Assembly: GCA_001873215.1 (NCBI GenBank)
Contig: MNYS01000009.1
Coordinates: forward strand, 67,654 to 131,653
DNA: 64,000 bases
DNA from: Candidatus Levybacteria bacterium CG2_30_37_29
Lineage (GTDB): Bacteria; Patescibacteriota; Microgenomatia; Levybacterales; GWA1-39-11
Reading direction: 5' to 3'
Below, piece by piece: positions 1-9,193 of this stretch. A program made the position numbers and the translations under genes. The notes under the pieces were generated by a model. The model was not told the DNA's origin, did no database searches, and saw only the letters and a list, made by a program, of their open reading frames with translations. How positions within the stretch are numbered: the first letter of the stretch is position 1; each line of letters opens with the position of its first letter.

Positions 1-2
1 GG

Positions 3-350
3 GCATTGGTCTCTCCTTCTGGTAATTATTTAGTGGTACAGACTGTTGAGAAAGAGCCTACGACAACGATGAAGATCGGCTACCTAGATATTGCCAATAA
101 GGCTTTTTATCCAACGCAAATAAGTGGGGATGTTAAAAAATCAGCGTGGGGAAAGAAGGAACAAGCGCTGTTTTTGTTTAACGAAAATACTATTACGAAG
201 ATTTCTTTCCCTGGCTTAAAAACTCAAGTCTTTTCCCTACCTAAAGAAATTTCTCTTTCTTCTATTGACGATGGTTCTTTGATGGTTGGAGACGACAACA
301 AAAGCTTCTTTTTTACCAACAACAACTCTCTTTATAGTATTTCTTTTTAA
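3..350 (+). CDS. Hypothetical protein, C-terminal part (truncated by window edge; beta-propeller-like)
   Basis: Frame open from the window start to the stop at 348-350; converges on dnaN. Confidence 0.55.
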   Translation, partial: ALVSPSGNYLVVQTVEKEPTTTMKIGYLDIANKAFYPTQISGDVKKSAWGKKEQALFLFNENTITKISFPGLKTQVFSLPKEISLSSIDDGSLMVGDDNKSFFFTNNNSLYSISF

Positions 351-352
351 TT

Positions 353-1453
353 TTATTCCTGAATCCTGACGGGCATTATGACATGAAGAAACCCTGCGTC
401 CTTTTCTGTTTTAAAAAGCGCCGGTTCAAGAGGGCTGTTGAGCTCCATAATTACGGTTTCTGCTTCAACGCTTCTTAATAAGTCTAATAAAAATTTTATA
501 TTAAACGCTATTTCGTTATCTTCGCCTTCCTGTGTAACCTCCATTTCTGCGCTTCCCTCTCCCAGCCCGTTGCTTTTTGAAAAAAGGAACATTGTCCCGT
601 TTTTTATTGAAATTTTTGTGATATTTGCGCTTTCCCTTGCAAAAACCGAGGAAAGTTTTAATTTTTGTAAAAAGTCTTCTTTGTCAACAATAGCCTTTGT
701 TTTGTAAGAAGTAGGTATGACTTTTTTATAATTAGGGAACTCTCCTCCTAAAAGCCTTCCCACAAGAGAAATGTTTTGGGTCTCAAAAAGAACTTGATTT
801 GCTTTTTTATGAACGTACATCTCTATTTCTTGATCTTCTTCTTTTATAGATAAAAGTTCCTGTATTAGCTTTGAGGAAAGAATAATTCCTTCTTCTCCGT
901 CAATACTTCCTTGTTTTGTTTGAAAAGAAAGGCGAAACCCGTCTGTTGCTACAAAATGTATCTCCCCCTCTTTTTCTACAAGAAGAATTCCTGTTAACTC
1001 CGGGCGTGATTCGTCGACTGCTACAGCAAACGTTAATTTTGAAAAAAGTCTTTTTACTTCTTTGCCTGTTAAAGAGAGTGTTTTTTTTCCTTTTTCTTCA
1101 AAAAGGTTGGGGAATTCATCTTTTCCTATTGTTTGGAAAATAAGCTTATTTCCTTGGGTTGTCAATATAATAGATTCTCCTTCTTGGATAATTTTTACCT
1201 TTCCTTTTCTAACAGTTGCAAGAGCTTCTAAAAATTGTTTTCCCGGAACAGCGACAGATCCCTCTTTTTCTATTTTTGCAGGAATAGAAACTCTTGTACC
1301 AAGTTCTAAATCTGTTGCAGAAAGAAAAAATCCTTTTGTATCGGCTTGTATTAATATACTTGAAAGAACAGGAACGGGAGAATGTATAGGTAAGGTTTTT
1401 ATAAGAAGAGGAATAAGATTCTCAATGTTCTCTGCCAAAAACTCCACGTCCAT
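353..1453 (-). CDS. dnaN: DNA polymerase III beta sliding clamp
   Basis: SATDLE, VATDGFRL, FPNYKKVIP and C-terminal HVIMPVR motifs; directly downstream of dnaA. Confidence 0.97.
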   Translation of the reverse strand: MDVEFLAENIENLIPLLIKTLPIHSPVPVLSSILIQADTKGFFLSATDLELGTRVSIPAKIEKEGSVAVPGKQFLEALATVRKGKVKIIQEGESIILTTQGNKLIFQTIGKDEFPNLFEEKGKKTLSLTGKEVKRLFSKLTFAVAVDESRPELTGILLVEKEGEIHFVATDGFRLSFQTKQGSIDGEEGIILSSKLIQELLSIKEEDQEIEMYVHKKANQVLFETQNISLVGRLLGGEFPNYKKVIPTSYKTKAIVDKEDFLQKLKLSSVFARESANITKISIKNGTMFLFSKSNGLGEGSAEMEVTQEGEDNEIAFNIKFLLDLLRSVEAETVIMELNSPLEPALFKTEKDAGFLHVIMPVRIQE

Positions 1454-1648
1454 ATATGTTTACTAATAGTAGTACTAGTAGTATATCTGGAAAAGTGTAA
1501 AAAAGCAAGAACACACGCGTGTTTTTTTGTGGAAAACTCATGGAAAACTTTGTGTAAACCTTGTGAATTAAGTTTATTTATATAAAAAACGGGGAGAAAA
1601 AAGGAAAAAAGAAAACCTATCCACAAAAATAACAATATTTATCCACAA
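1454..1648. other. Replication origin oriC (DnaA boxes and DnaA-trio unwinding element)
   Basis: dnaA-dnaN spacer with TTATCCACA 1639-1647 (perfect), CTATCCACA 1617-1625, TGTGGAAAA 1528-1536, weaker boxes at 1551 and 1562, and a TAN trinucleotide run at 1461-1484. Confidence 0.88.
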
Positions 1649-2986
1649 CTACCCAACCTGCTTAATTTTTTCCTTCAACACAGAAAGCTCCCCTTTTATT
1701 TTTTCTGAATTTTGTAAAAGAACCCTTACTTTTTCAACGCCATGCATAACCGTTGTATGGTCGCGCCCGCCAAGCAAATTTCCTATTTCAGAAAGAGTAA
1801 CTTGAGCCTCTTCTTTTAAAAGAAACATACATAAATGTCTTGCCCGGACAAGAAAAGCATCTCTTTTTGCCCCTTTTAGTTGGGTGGGCTTAAGGTTGTA
1901 AAAACGGCATATTTCATCAATCACCATATCAGGGTGAAGAAAAGGGCTTGTTGGTTTTGTCTTGCCAAGAAGAGGGAGAACATCTTGCGGTAAAACCTCT
2001 TGGTTGCCGCGCCCATCCATGCTTGTTGCAAGCCTTAATAAAAAACCTTCAAGAGCGCGGGTATCGACAATTTTTTCAGCAACAAGCTTTGCAACATCAA
2101 TTGAAAAAACAAACCCGTATTTTCTACTTTTAATTAATAATATTGCCGTTCTTAATTCAAAGTCTGGGGGAGCGATATCAACAGAAAGACCTCCTTCAAA
2201 TCGGGATGCAAGCCTGGCCTCAATCTTTTTAATTTCAGAAGGGGGTCTGTCAGAAGAAAAAACAATTTGGCGCTGTTTATCAAGAAGGGTGTTAAAGGTA
2301 TGAAAAAGTTCTTCCTGAACCTTTTCTTTCCCGCTTAAAAACTGAATATCATCAAGAAGTAATAGGTCTACATTTCTAAACTTACGTCGAAGCTGAGTTG
2401 TTGTTTTATCTCTTATTGCCTCAACAACCTCGTTGGTAAATTCTTCGGTTGTCATATATAAAACCGCAACATTTTCGTTGTCCTCAAACGCTTTATTTGC
2501 AATAGAGTGCATAAGGTGTGTTTTTCCAACCCCAACAGTTCCGTACAAAAACAAAGGACTATATTTGGTGCCCGGACTTTGAGCAACCGCTAAAGCCGCT
2601 GTGTATGCAAGTTGGTTGCTGTCAGACACCGCAAGAGATTCAAAGGTAAAATCTTGTCGGATCCGGCCCGGACGCAACTTTTTATTTGAAGGTTGCTCGT
2701 GAGATGCAAAAAGAGGACCATGGCTTTGGTTTTTTGCCTTTGCTTTTTCACCACCTGAAACAAAAACAAGACTTGTATTCTCTCCGCTTTTTTTATCCAA
2801 AGTTTTTTTTATCAAAGCGTAATACCTTTTTTCCAAATACTCGGCTGTCATAAAAGCAGGAGTGGAAATTGTAGCAACGGAGCTTGAAAACGAAACCAAG
2901 CGGCAACTTTTAAAAAAAGTAATAAAAACAGGTTTTGAAACCTCTATTTCTATCTCGGCCAGAACAGCCTTCCACAGTTGGTCCAT
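1649..2986 (-). CDS. dnaA: Chromosomal replication initiator DnaA (start taken at MDQLW, 2986)
   Basis: Walker A GTVGVGKTHL, LLLLDDIQF, SDRPP, domain IV GGRDHTTVMH. Confidence 0.98.
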   Translation of the reverse strand: MDQLWKAVLAEIEIEVSKPVFITFFKSCRLVSFSSSVATISTPAFMTAEYLEKRYYALIKKTLDKKSGENTSLVFVSGGEKAKAKNQSHGPLFASHEQPSNKKLRPGRIRQDFTFESLAVSDSNQLAYTAALAVAQSPGTKYSPLFLYGTVGVGKTHLMHSIANKAFEDNENVAVLYMTTEEFTNEVVEAIRDKTTTQLRRKFRNVDLLLLDDIQFLSGKEKVQEELFHTFNTLLDKQRQIVFSSDRPPSEIKKIEARLASRFEGGLSVDIAPPDFELRTAILLIKSRKYGFVFSIDVAKLVAEKIVDTRALEGFLLRLATSMDGRGNQEVLPQDVLPLLGKTKPTSPFLHPDMVIDEICRFYNLKPTQLKGAKRDAFLVRARHLCMFLLKEEAQVTLSEIGNLLGGRDHTTVMHGVEKVRVLLQNSEKIKGELSVLKEKIKQVG

Positions 2987-3073
2987 AATTTTTTTATTTA
3001 AGTATTTCTTTTGCGCAGAACCCTTGAGCAGGAGCACCTTTTTTCATTTTAAGACACCTAAATTTGTAAAAGA

Positions 3074-3103
3074 AGTATATGTATGTGGATAACTTCTTGT
3101 CAA
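3074..3103 (-). promoter_or_regulatory. dnaA promoter with a DnaA box in the spacer (likely autoregulation)
   Basis: Minus strand TTGACA-18 nt-TATACT; perfect TTATCCACA (3084-3092) between the -35 and -10 boxes. Confidence 0.75.
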
Positions 3104-3137
3104 GAGGTCAAATCGCATTCTTTGCTATAATAAAAAT

Positions 3138-5618
3138 ATGAAAATAGGATTTTTTACAGACGGATTTCTTCCCCAGCCAAATGGAGTCGCAACATCTGTT
3201 TTTTCAACCGCCAGAGAGCTTGAAAAAAAAGGCCACGAAGTTTTTGTTGTTGCGCCGAAATACCCCGGCTATAAAGACGAGTTGAATGTTTTTCGCCTGA
3301 CCTCAATAAAGGTTATGAAAAGACCGGAGTTCCGTCTGGCCCTCCATCTACCGGACAAGCCCTTTAGAAAGCTATTGCGCCTTGATTTTGATATAATCCA
3401 TGCCCATTCGCCCGGCCCTGTTGCTTTACTGGGATGGGAAATTGCAAAAGCCAAAGATGTTCCTTTTATTTCCACATATCATACTCTTTGGAACAAATAC
3501 ACGCACTATGTTTTAAAAGGGAAAGTTATTCGCCCTAAAATGGTAGAACAGGCAACCCGCCTTTTTGGAAATAGGTGTGATTATCTTATTGCGCCCACAG
3601 AAAAAGTTAAAAATGAGCTCGTAAGATATGGTATTAAGAGACCAGTAGAAATTGTTCCAACGGGCGTTGATGTGCAAAAATTTGGAGTGTCAAAAAAAGG
3701 GTATTTTTATGAAAAGTTTAAAACCTCCAAAAACGAAAGAATAGCGCTGTGTGTGGTAAGACTCGGAAAAGAAAAATCTGTTGATTTTGTTCTGCGCGCT
3801 TTTAAAAAAATTTTAAAAAAATCTCCAAACACCACGCTTTTTTTAGTTGGAGAAGGGGTTGAGAAAAAAAATCTTTTAAAGCTTGCAAAAAAAATAGGGA
3901 TAGGAAATAAAACGATTTTTACAGGGTTTATTGAGCATGATATTCTGCCTAGGGCTTATGCGGACGCAGATGTTTTTTTGTTTGCTTCGCAAACCGAGAC
4001 TCAAGGAATGGTTATCCTTGAAGCATTTGCATCAGGACTTCCTGTTGTTGCGGTAGATGATGATGCTCTACGCGGCGTGGTTCTGGATGGGGAAAACGGA
4101 TTTTTGGTTGCAAAAGACGAAGAACTTTTTGCGCAAAAGGCTCTTGACGTTTTAGAAAACCCCATGCTTCGCAAAAAACTATCTTTGTGCGCAAAACAAA
4201 CAGCAAAAGAACACTCTGTTTTTCATACAACAGGGATTCTCGAAGCTCTATATAAAGACGTTCTAACAGAAAGAAGCAGAAAAAGCATACAAAAACTTAT
4301 GAATACAAATACCGCCCGAGAGCAACTATATGTTGTGTTGCTTTCTTTTTGGGTTACGATATTTATTGTTAGAATTGCAACATTTTTATTGTATGCGCCA
4401 AAAGGCCCCTACCCCCTTATAGGACTTTTTAATAATTTTTTTACGCATGCCACAATTGGTTTTGTTCTTGTTGCTTTATCTCTTGTTACGTCTTTTAAAA
4501 AAAAGGAATTGCCTCTTTTTGCCCTTCTTTTATTTGGCGTAGGAATAGCCCTTATTTTTGACGAACTTTGGGTATTGGCAACGGGAGGAGCAGCTACGAT
4601 AGTAGATTATTGGGCCAGAGGAAACATGTTGGTAATTGTTTTGGCGGGAGCATTGCCTGCTCTTTTTGTAAAATATATCAAAAAAAACAGGCCCCAGTTT
4701 TTCTTTGGACATCAAAGCCTTGAGCACAGAAACCCCCAAGCCCCAAAAATATCGGTTGTTGTCCCCGCATATAATGAAGAGGAATTTATAGTAAGAACCA
4801 TAAAAAGTCTTGTAAACCAGACACGCAAAGATTTTGAACTAATTGTTGTTGATAACGCATCAACCGACAACACGGGGCTGGTCGCTGCGCAATATGGGGC
4901 AAGAGTTATAAGAGAAGAAAAAAAGGGGGTTGCAAACGCCAGACAGACTGGTTTTATGGCGGCAAAAGGAGAAATTATATTAACAACAGATGCGGACACT
5001 GTTGTTCCGCAGGATTGGATTGAAAAAATTATACCCCATTTTAAAGACGAAAATGTCGCGGCCTTCGGAGGAATTAATAGGCTTTATTCAGGCCCCGTTA
5101 CGGCCCGCGCCGGCTCACGCTATCTTTCAACCCTTTTTTGGGTGGTAGATAAATTTTTATCAGGAGGATGGAATCTTTTAGGGTCAAACCTTTCAGTAAG
5201 AAAATCCTCCTTTTTGGCAATTGGCGGATTTAATACTGCGCTGACCCTGGGTGAAGACGTAGACCTCTCCCAGCGTATTAAAAAAGTCGGAAAAGTTATT
5301 TTGGACCCAAATTTTCTTGTTTTTTCATCCGGAAGAAGATTTAGAAGCGGTCTTATTGTTGGGGTTTTAACATATGCTCCAAGCTGGTTTGCCAGGGTAG
5401 TTTTTAAAAAGGATAAGTTTTTAACTTTTCCCACAATTAGAGACGAGCATTCACTTATTGGAAGATTTACTTTTGTTCCTCTCCTTTTTTGTGTAGTTTT
5501 TCTTGCCACCCTTTTTTATGTGTCTAATCCTAGTGTTTTTCGCGCGCGGGAAATAAGATTTTTGCAAAAAAGCGCTGCTACTTTACAAGAATTTTTTGAT
5601 AAAACACAAAGCAAATAG
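3138..5618 (+). CDS. Fused glycosyltransferase: GT4 (DAG glucosyltransferase-like) + 4-TM linker + GT2
   Basis: N-terminal FTDGFLPQPNGVATS and ETQGMVILEA (GT4); hydrophobic linker; VVVPAYNEE, VVDNAS, TDAD, GEDVDL (GT2). Confidence 0.88.
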   Translation: MKIGFFTDGFLPQPNGVATSVFSTARELEKKGHEVFVVAPKYPGYKDELNVFRLTSIKVMKRPEFRLALHLPDKPFRKLLRLDFDIIHAHSPGPVALLGWEIAKAKDVPFISTYHTLWNKYTHYVLKGKVIRPKMVEQATRLFGNRCDYLIAPTEKVKNELVRYGIKRPVEIVPTGVDVQKFGVSKKGYFYEKFKTSKNERIALCVVRLGKEKSVDFVLRAFKKILKKSPNTTLFLVGEGVEKKNLLKLAKKIGIGNKTIFTGFIEHDILPRAYADADVFLFASQTETQGMVILEAFASGLPVVAVDDDALRGVVLDGENGFLVAKDEELFAQKALDVLENPMLRKKLSLCAKQTAKEHSVFHTTGILEALYKDVLTERSRKSIQKLMNTNTAREQLYVVLLSFWVTIFIVRIATFLLYAPKGPYPLIGLFNNFFTHATIGFVLVALSLVTSFKKKELPLFALLLFGVGIALIFDELWVLATGGAATIVDYWARGNMLVIVLAGALPALFVKYIKKNRPQFFFGHQSLEHRNPQAPKISVVVPAYNEEEFIVRTIKSLVNQTRKDFELIVVDNASTDNTGLVAAQYGARVIREEKKGVANARQTGFMAAKGEIILTTDADTVVPQDWIEKIIPHFKDENVAAFGGINRLYSGPVTARAGSRYLSTLFWVVDKFLSGGWNLLGSNLSVRKSSFLAIGGFNTALTLGEDVDLSQRIKKVGKVILDPNFLVFSSGRRFRSGLIVGVLTYAPSWFARVVFKKDKFLTFPTIRDEHSLIGRFTFVPLLFCVVFLATLFYVSNPSVFRAREIRFLQKSAATLQEFFDKTQSK

Positions 5619-5623
5619 CGTTC

Positions 5624-5962
5624 CTAAAGTCCTATTTGGTCTAGAAATGTTAACCAAAGTTTTTTTGCAAAAGATGCATTTTGCATTTGGTAATACCTTT
5701 TTTTTTGTCTGAAATCGCGCGTCCCTGGATTCGGAGGATTGCACCATGCGGAAACAACAACACCCTCTCCTTTTTCGTTTTTTTTAACTACTGCTACAAT
5801 TGTTTGATTTTTTACAATCTTGTGGTATTCAGTTGACCCTTTTTTATTAACCAGTGTTTTGTCGGGCGCAAGAACAGCTTCTTCAACGATTTGCCGGGAA
5901 AGCTTTCTTGCGCGCAATCGTAAAAGAGCATGATTTGTCCAAACAATACTAGAAGACACCAT
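5624..5962 (-). CDS. DUF4258-like small protein
   Basis: WTNHALLRLRAR motif; TGnTATAAT 6 nt before the ATG. Confidence 0.7.
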   Translation of the reverse strand: MVSSSIVWTNHALLRLRARKLSRQIVEEAVLAPDKTLVNKKGSTEYHKIVKNQTIVAVVKKNEKGEGVVVSAWCNPPNPGTRDFRQKKRYYQMQNASFAKKLWLTFLDQIGL

Positions 5963-5974
5963 AAGACAATTATA

Positions 5975-7486
5975 TCAGTTGGGAAGTGCTGTTTTTTTAA
6001 CCCTATACAAACTTAAATAATTATCGCTTGCTCCGCGTTTAAATCTTAAGACCGGTTCTACGGGCCAATCTCCAACATCCTGTGTTTGATTAAAGATAAT
6101 ATAGACTGGTTTTGTCTGGTTTTTCTCCAATAAGTAGTCGGGTAATTGTTTTGGCAGAATGTCAAAAGAGTGTTGTTTGACATTTGCGTTATTTACAAAA
6201 TAAATTTCAATAACTGTTGCGGGAAGACCACCATAGGTTCCTTCAGACGCTATAATTATTTGTTCTTTTATTGCCTGCTCTTTTAAATAGGCAACTATTT
6301 CACGAAGTCCTTCACCCATGGAAAAACCATTAGAATATTGTTCTATGTCTTCTTTGGGGATTGGAGCACGGGGCATATCGGCTAAAATTTTATAATCGCT
6401 AAAAATTAAAAAAGAAGCACAAGCAATAATAATAAAAAAGTATTTTAATTTACTTTTTAAAAAATAATATAATTCCCAAAACCCTACGGCGGCAAGAGGC
6501 AATAAAAAAATAGACAGCGGGAATATGTAGCGCGCAGTGAGAAGCCGGCCAAACAAGCCAATTCCAACAACCGGAATAATAAACCAAAAAAGCAAAAGAA
6601 GTTTTTCTTTCCTTTGGCCCTTTCCTATAAAAGAGAAAAAAACAACAAGAGCCAAAGGATAGGTAAGATAGATGGTTGTCCAATAAAGAAGTTTTAAAAT
6701 ATTTGGTGTCCAAGTCTGAAAAGCATGATATGGAATAAGCTCATAAAGACGATAGGTAAAAACAGAATCTTTTTCAGAAATCATGTGGTAGTTGTCGGAA
6801 AGAAGCAGAACAGAATAATACAATAAAGAGAGTCCGACAGCCACAGCTGTAAAAAAAACCCATTTAATAAGTTGTTTTGTGCGTTTTTCTTTTAAAGTCG
6901 ACAATATCAGCGTAGTCGGCAACATATAAATGGTAATAAATCCGCTTGATTTTGTAAGAATTCCTGCGCCTAATAAAAGCCCGAGCAAAAAAGAAGTTGC
7001 AAAATTGGCTTTTTTCACAAGAAGAATCGCCAGATACAAAATAAAAACACAAAACATTCCAACAAGGCTTTCGTAAATCGCCATCCTGTTTAAAAGAAGA
7101 GCCGCCGGATACAACACATATAGCAAAACAGAAATAATACTTATCCACCTATTTTTGAACAACTCAAAGCTTAACAAAAATAGTCCGACCATTGTTCCAA
7201 AACCCGCTGCAACAGAAACAAGCCTTCCGGCAATAGGAGGATTATAAACGTATTGCATTAAAAGACTAACAAGCCAAACATAAAGAGGTTGTTTGCCGTC
7301 CTCCAGAGACATCAGCCTAAGAGAAGGGTTATATTTTCCAAACTGCGCCCAGCGTGAATAAATTGCTTCGTCGACAAAAATTGGAAGAAGTTTTAAATGA
7401 TATAGGCGCAGAAAAAAGAACAAAAAAAAAGCAAAAAGGAGAATAAGTATTTCAAACCTATAACGGAGGAGCGTTTTTTTAATCAT
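5975..7486 (-). CDS. GT-C membrane glycosyltransferase (ArnT/PMT-like)
   Basis: LRLYHL..PIFVDEAIY, DGKQPL, many TM helices. Confidence 0.85.
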   Translation of the reverse strand: MIKKTLLRYRFEILILLFAFFLFFFLRLYHLKLLPIFVDEAIYSRWAQFGKYNPSLRLMSLEDGKQPLYVWLVSLLMQYVYNPPIAGRLVSVAAGFGTMVGLFLLSFELFKNRWISIISVLLYVLYPAALLLNRMAIYESLVGMFCVFILYLAILLVKKANFATSFLLGLLLGAGILTKSSGFITIYMLPTTLILSTLKEKRTKQLIKWVFFTAVAVGLSLLYYSVLLLSDNYHMISEKDSVFTYRLYELIPYHAFQTWTPNILKLLYWTTIYLTYPLALVVFFSFIGKGQRKEKLLLLFWFIIPVVGIGLFGRLLTARYIFPLSIFLLPLAAVGFWELYYFLKSKLKYFFIIIACASFLIFSDYKILADMPRAPIPKEDIEQYSNGFSMGEGLREIVAYLKEQAIKEQIIIASEGTYGGLPATVIEIYFVNNANVKQHSFDILPKQLPDYLLEKNQTKPVYIIFNQTQDVGDWPVEPVLRFKRGASDNYLSLYRVKKTALPN

Positions 7487-7591
7487 ATCAAAGCGTATCT
7501 TATCATTTTATCAGATTTAAAGATTTTTGATTTCAAAAGCGCAAAGAAGTTTACGGCCTTAAAACCAAATAATCCCAAAACATCCTTGCTC

Positions 7592-7620
7592 TTGACATTA
7601 ATTTATAAATAAGTTAATCT
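7592..7620 (+). promoter_or_regulatory. sigma70 promoter for the riboswitch and metK
   Basis: TTGACA-17 nt-TAATCT immediately upstream of the aptamer. Confidence 0.7.
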
Positions 7621-7625
7621 ATCTT

Positions 7626-7748
7626 TTGCATCAAGAGCGCCCCGCTTTTAGCGGGACCGGCAACCGAAAACTACGGTGCCAGCTCCGGGAAGGAAGATGT
7701 GATCTGCAGAAATGCGGATAAAGTTATGGCTCCCGGATGGGAGTTTTT
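7626..7748 (+). ncRNA. SAM riboswitch, SAM-I/IV-type architecture, with expression platform
   Basis: GCATCAAGAG...GGCAACC...GGTGCCAG...GATGT SAM-clan core; short P2 without kink-turn; P5 ATCTGCA-GAAA-TGCGGAT; possible L3/3' tail AACT:AGTT pairing; hairpin GGCTCCC-GGAT-GGGAGTT plus T run before the metK ATG. Confidence 0.85.
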
Positions 7749-7749
7749 A

Positions 7750-8856
7750 ATGGCAAAAAATCATACTTTTACTTCAGAATCAGTTTGTGCGGGTCACCCT
7801 GACAAAATATGCGACTCGGTAAGCGACGCTATTCTTGATGAGGTTTTAAAACAGGACAGGTTTGGCCGTGTGGCCGTTGAGACAATGGCAACCTTTAATA
7901 AATTAGTAATCGCGGGAGAAATTTCATCACACGCTAAAATAGATTTTAAAAAAATAGCACGAAAGAGAATAAAAGATTTAGGATATACAAATCCCCTGTT
8001 TAATTTTTCAGACAAGTCTACTATTCAGGTTTTAGTGCACAAACAATCGCCTGAAATCGCAAAAGGTGTAAAAGTAAAAGGGGCGGGAGATCAGGGAATG
8101 ATGTTTGGATTTGCTTGTCGGGAAACCGAAAGCCTTATGCCTCTTCCTATTTCTATTGCCCACGCTCTTGCCCGAAAAATAGACATGGTACGAGAAAAAA
8201 ACATTCTTTCATATCTTAGGCCTGATGGTAAAACACAAGCAACGGTGGAATATAAAAACGGCAAACCGTATAAAATTGCACAAATTGTTCTAGCTGTTCC
8301 ACATGAAGAAAAAGTAAAAATCGGTGAAGTGAAAAAAGGGCTTTATCGCGAAGTAGTTAAAAAAGTTCTTTCTGAATTCGGATTTAAAATTTCAGAAAAG
8401 GACGTGGTAGTTAATGGAACAGGTGTTTGGCATATGCCCGGACCGGCGTCAGATACAGGGCTCACGGGACGGAAAATAATAGTTGATACATACGGAGGAT
8501 TTGCAAAGGTCGGGGGTGGCGCTTTTTCCGGAAAAGACGCGACAAAAGTTGACCGTTCCGGGGCATACGCGGCAAGATTTATTGCAAAAAATATTGTTGC
8601 CGCCGGCTTGGCTGACAAAGCCGAAGTAAGACTTGCATATTTTATAGGAGCAAAAAAACCGGTTATGCAGGAAGTTGAAACATTTGGAACCCAGAAAAAA
8701 AGTCTGCGGGTAATAGAAAGTTTTATGTCAAAAATTTTGGACACTTCTGTTGAAGGAATTATTGAAGGTTTGAATTTGAGAAAACCGGTTTATTTACAAG
8801 CTTCAGCATACGGACATTTTGGAAGAGAAGAATTTTCCTGGGAACAAATCGCCTAA
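7750..8856 (+). CDS. metK: S-adenosylmethionine synthetase
   Basis: FTSESVCAGHPDKICD, GAGDQG, GGGAFSGKDATKVDRS, YGHFGR; start placed at MAKN. Confidence 0.97.
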   Translation: MAKNHTFTSESVCAGHPDKICDSVSDAILDEVLKQDRFGRVAVETMATFNKLVIAGEISSHAKIDFKKIARKRIKDLGYTNPLFNFSDKSTIQVLVHKQSPEIAKGVKVKGAGDQGMMFGFACRETESLMPLPISIAHALARKIDMVREKNILSYLRPDGKTQATVEYKNGKPYKIAQIVLAVPHEEKVKIGEVKKGLYREVVKKVLSEFGFKISEKDVVVNGTGVWHMPGPASDTGLTGRKIIVDTYGGFAKVGGGAFSGKDATKVDRSGAYAARFIAKNIVAAGLADKAEVRLAYFIGAKKPVMQEVETFGTQKKSLRVIESFMSKILDTSVEGIIEGLNLRKPVYLQASAYGHFGREEFSWEQIA

Positions 8857-9193
8857 TCGTTTATATTTTTTTATTAACCTGATTATTCCCCTCCTAGACT
8901 TCTTGCCATAATTGTTATTTTTTTCTCCCCCCCATTTGTTTTATGAGCCTTTTTGATATGTTGTCCAAAAACCGAAGTTGTTTCAGCTCCTTGCGCAAAC
9001 AGCCTGCGAAAAATTCGTCATTAATTTAATCATGATTAAAGCCCTTAAGGCCTAGAGTGTGATTGTATAAATCGATAATTTATTTTTCATAAATTAAATG
9101 CCAAACATAACTATAGAGCCTTGATTTTGCTTATAAAAATTCCTACACTTATAGTAGCGCCTATAATAAGTTACTAAAATGTAACACTTTTTA

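Noticed and set aside
7699-7749. N-terminal extension of MetK in the ORF track
   Set aside because: Lies inside the riboswitch; the ATG at 7750 gives the canonical N-terminus
8860-9190. Possible small ORF or RNA between metK and the GH130 genes
   Set aside because: No convincing start, motif or stable structure seen
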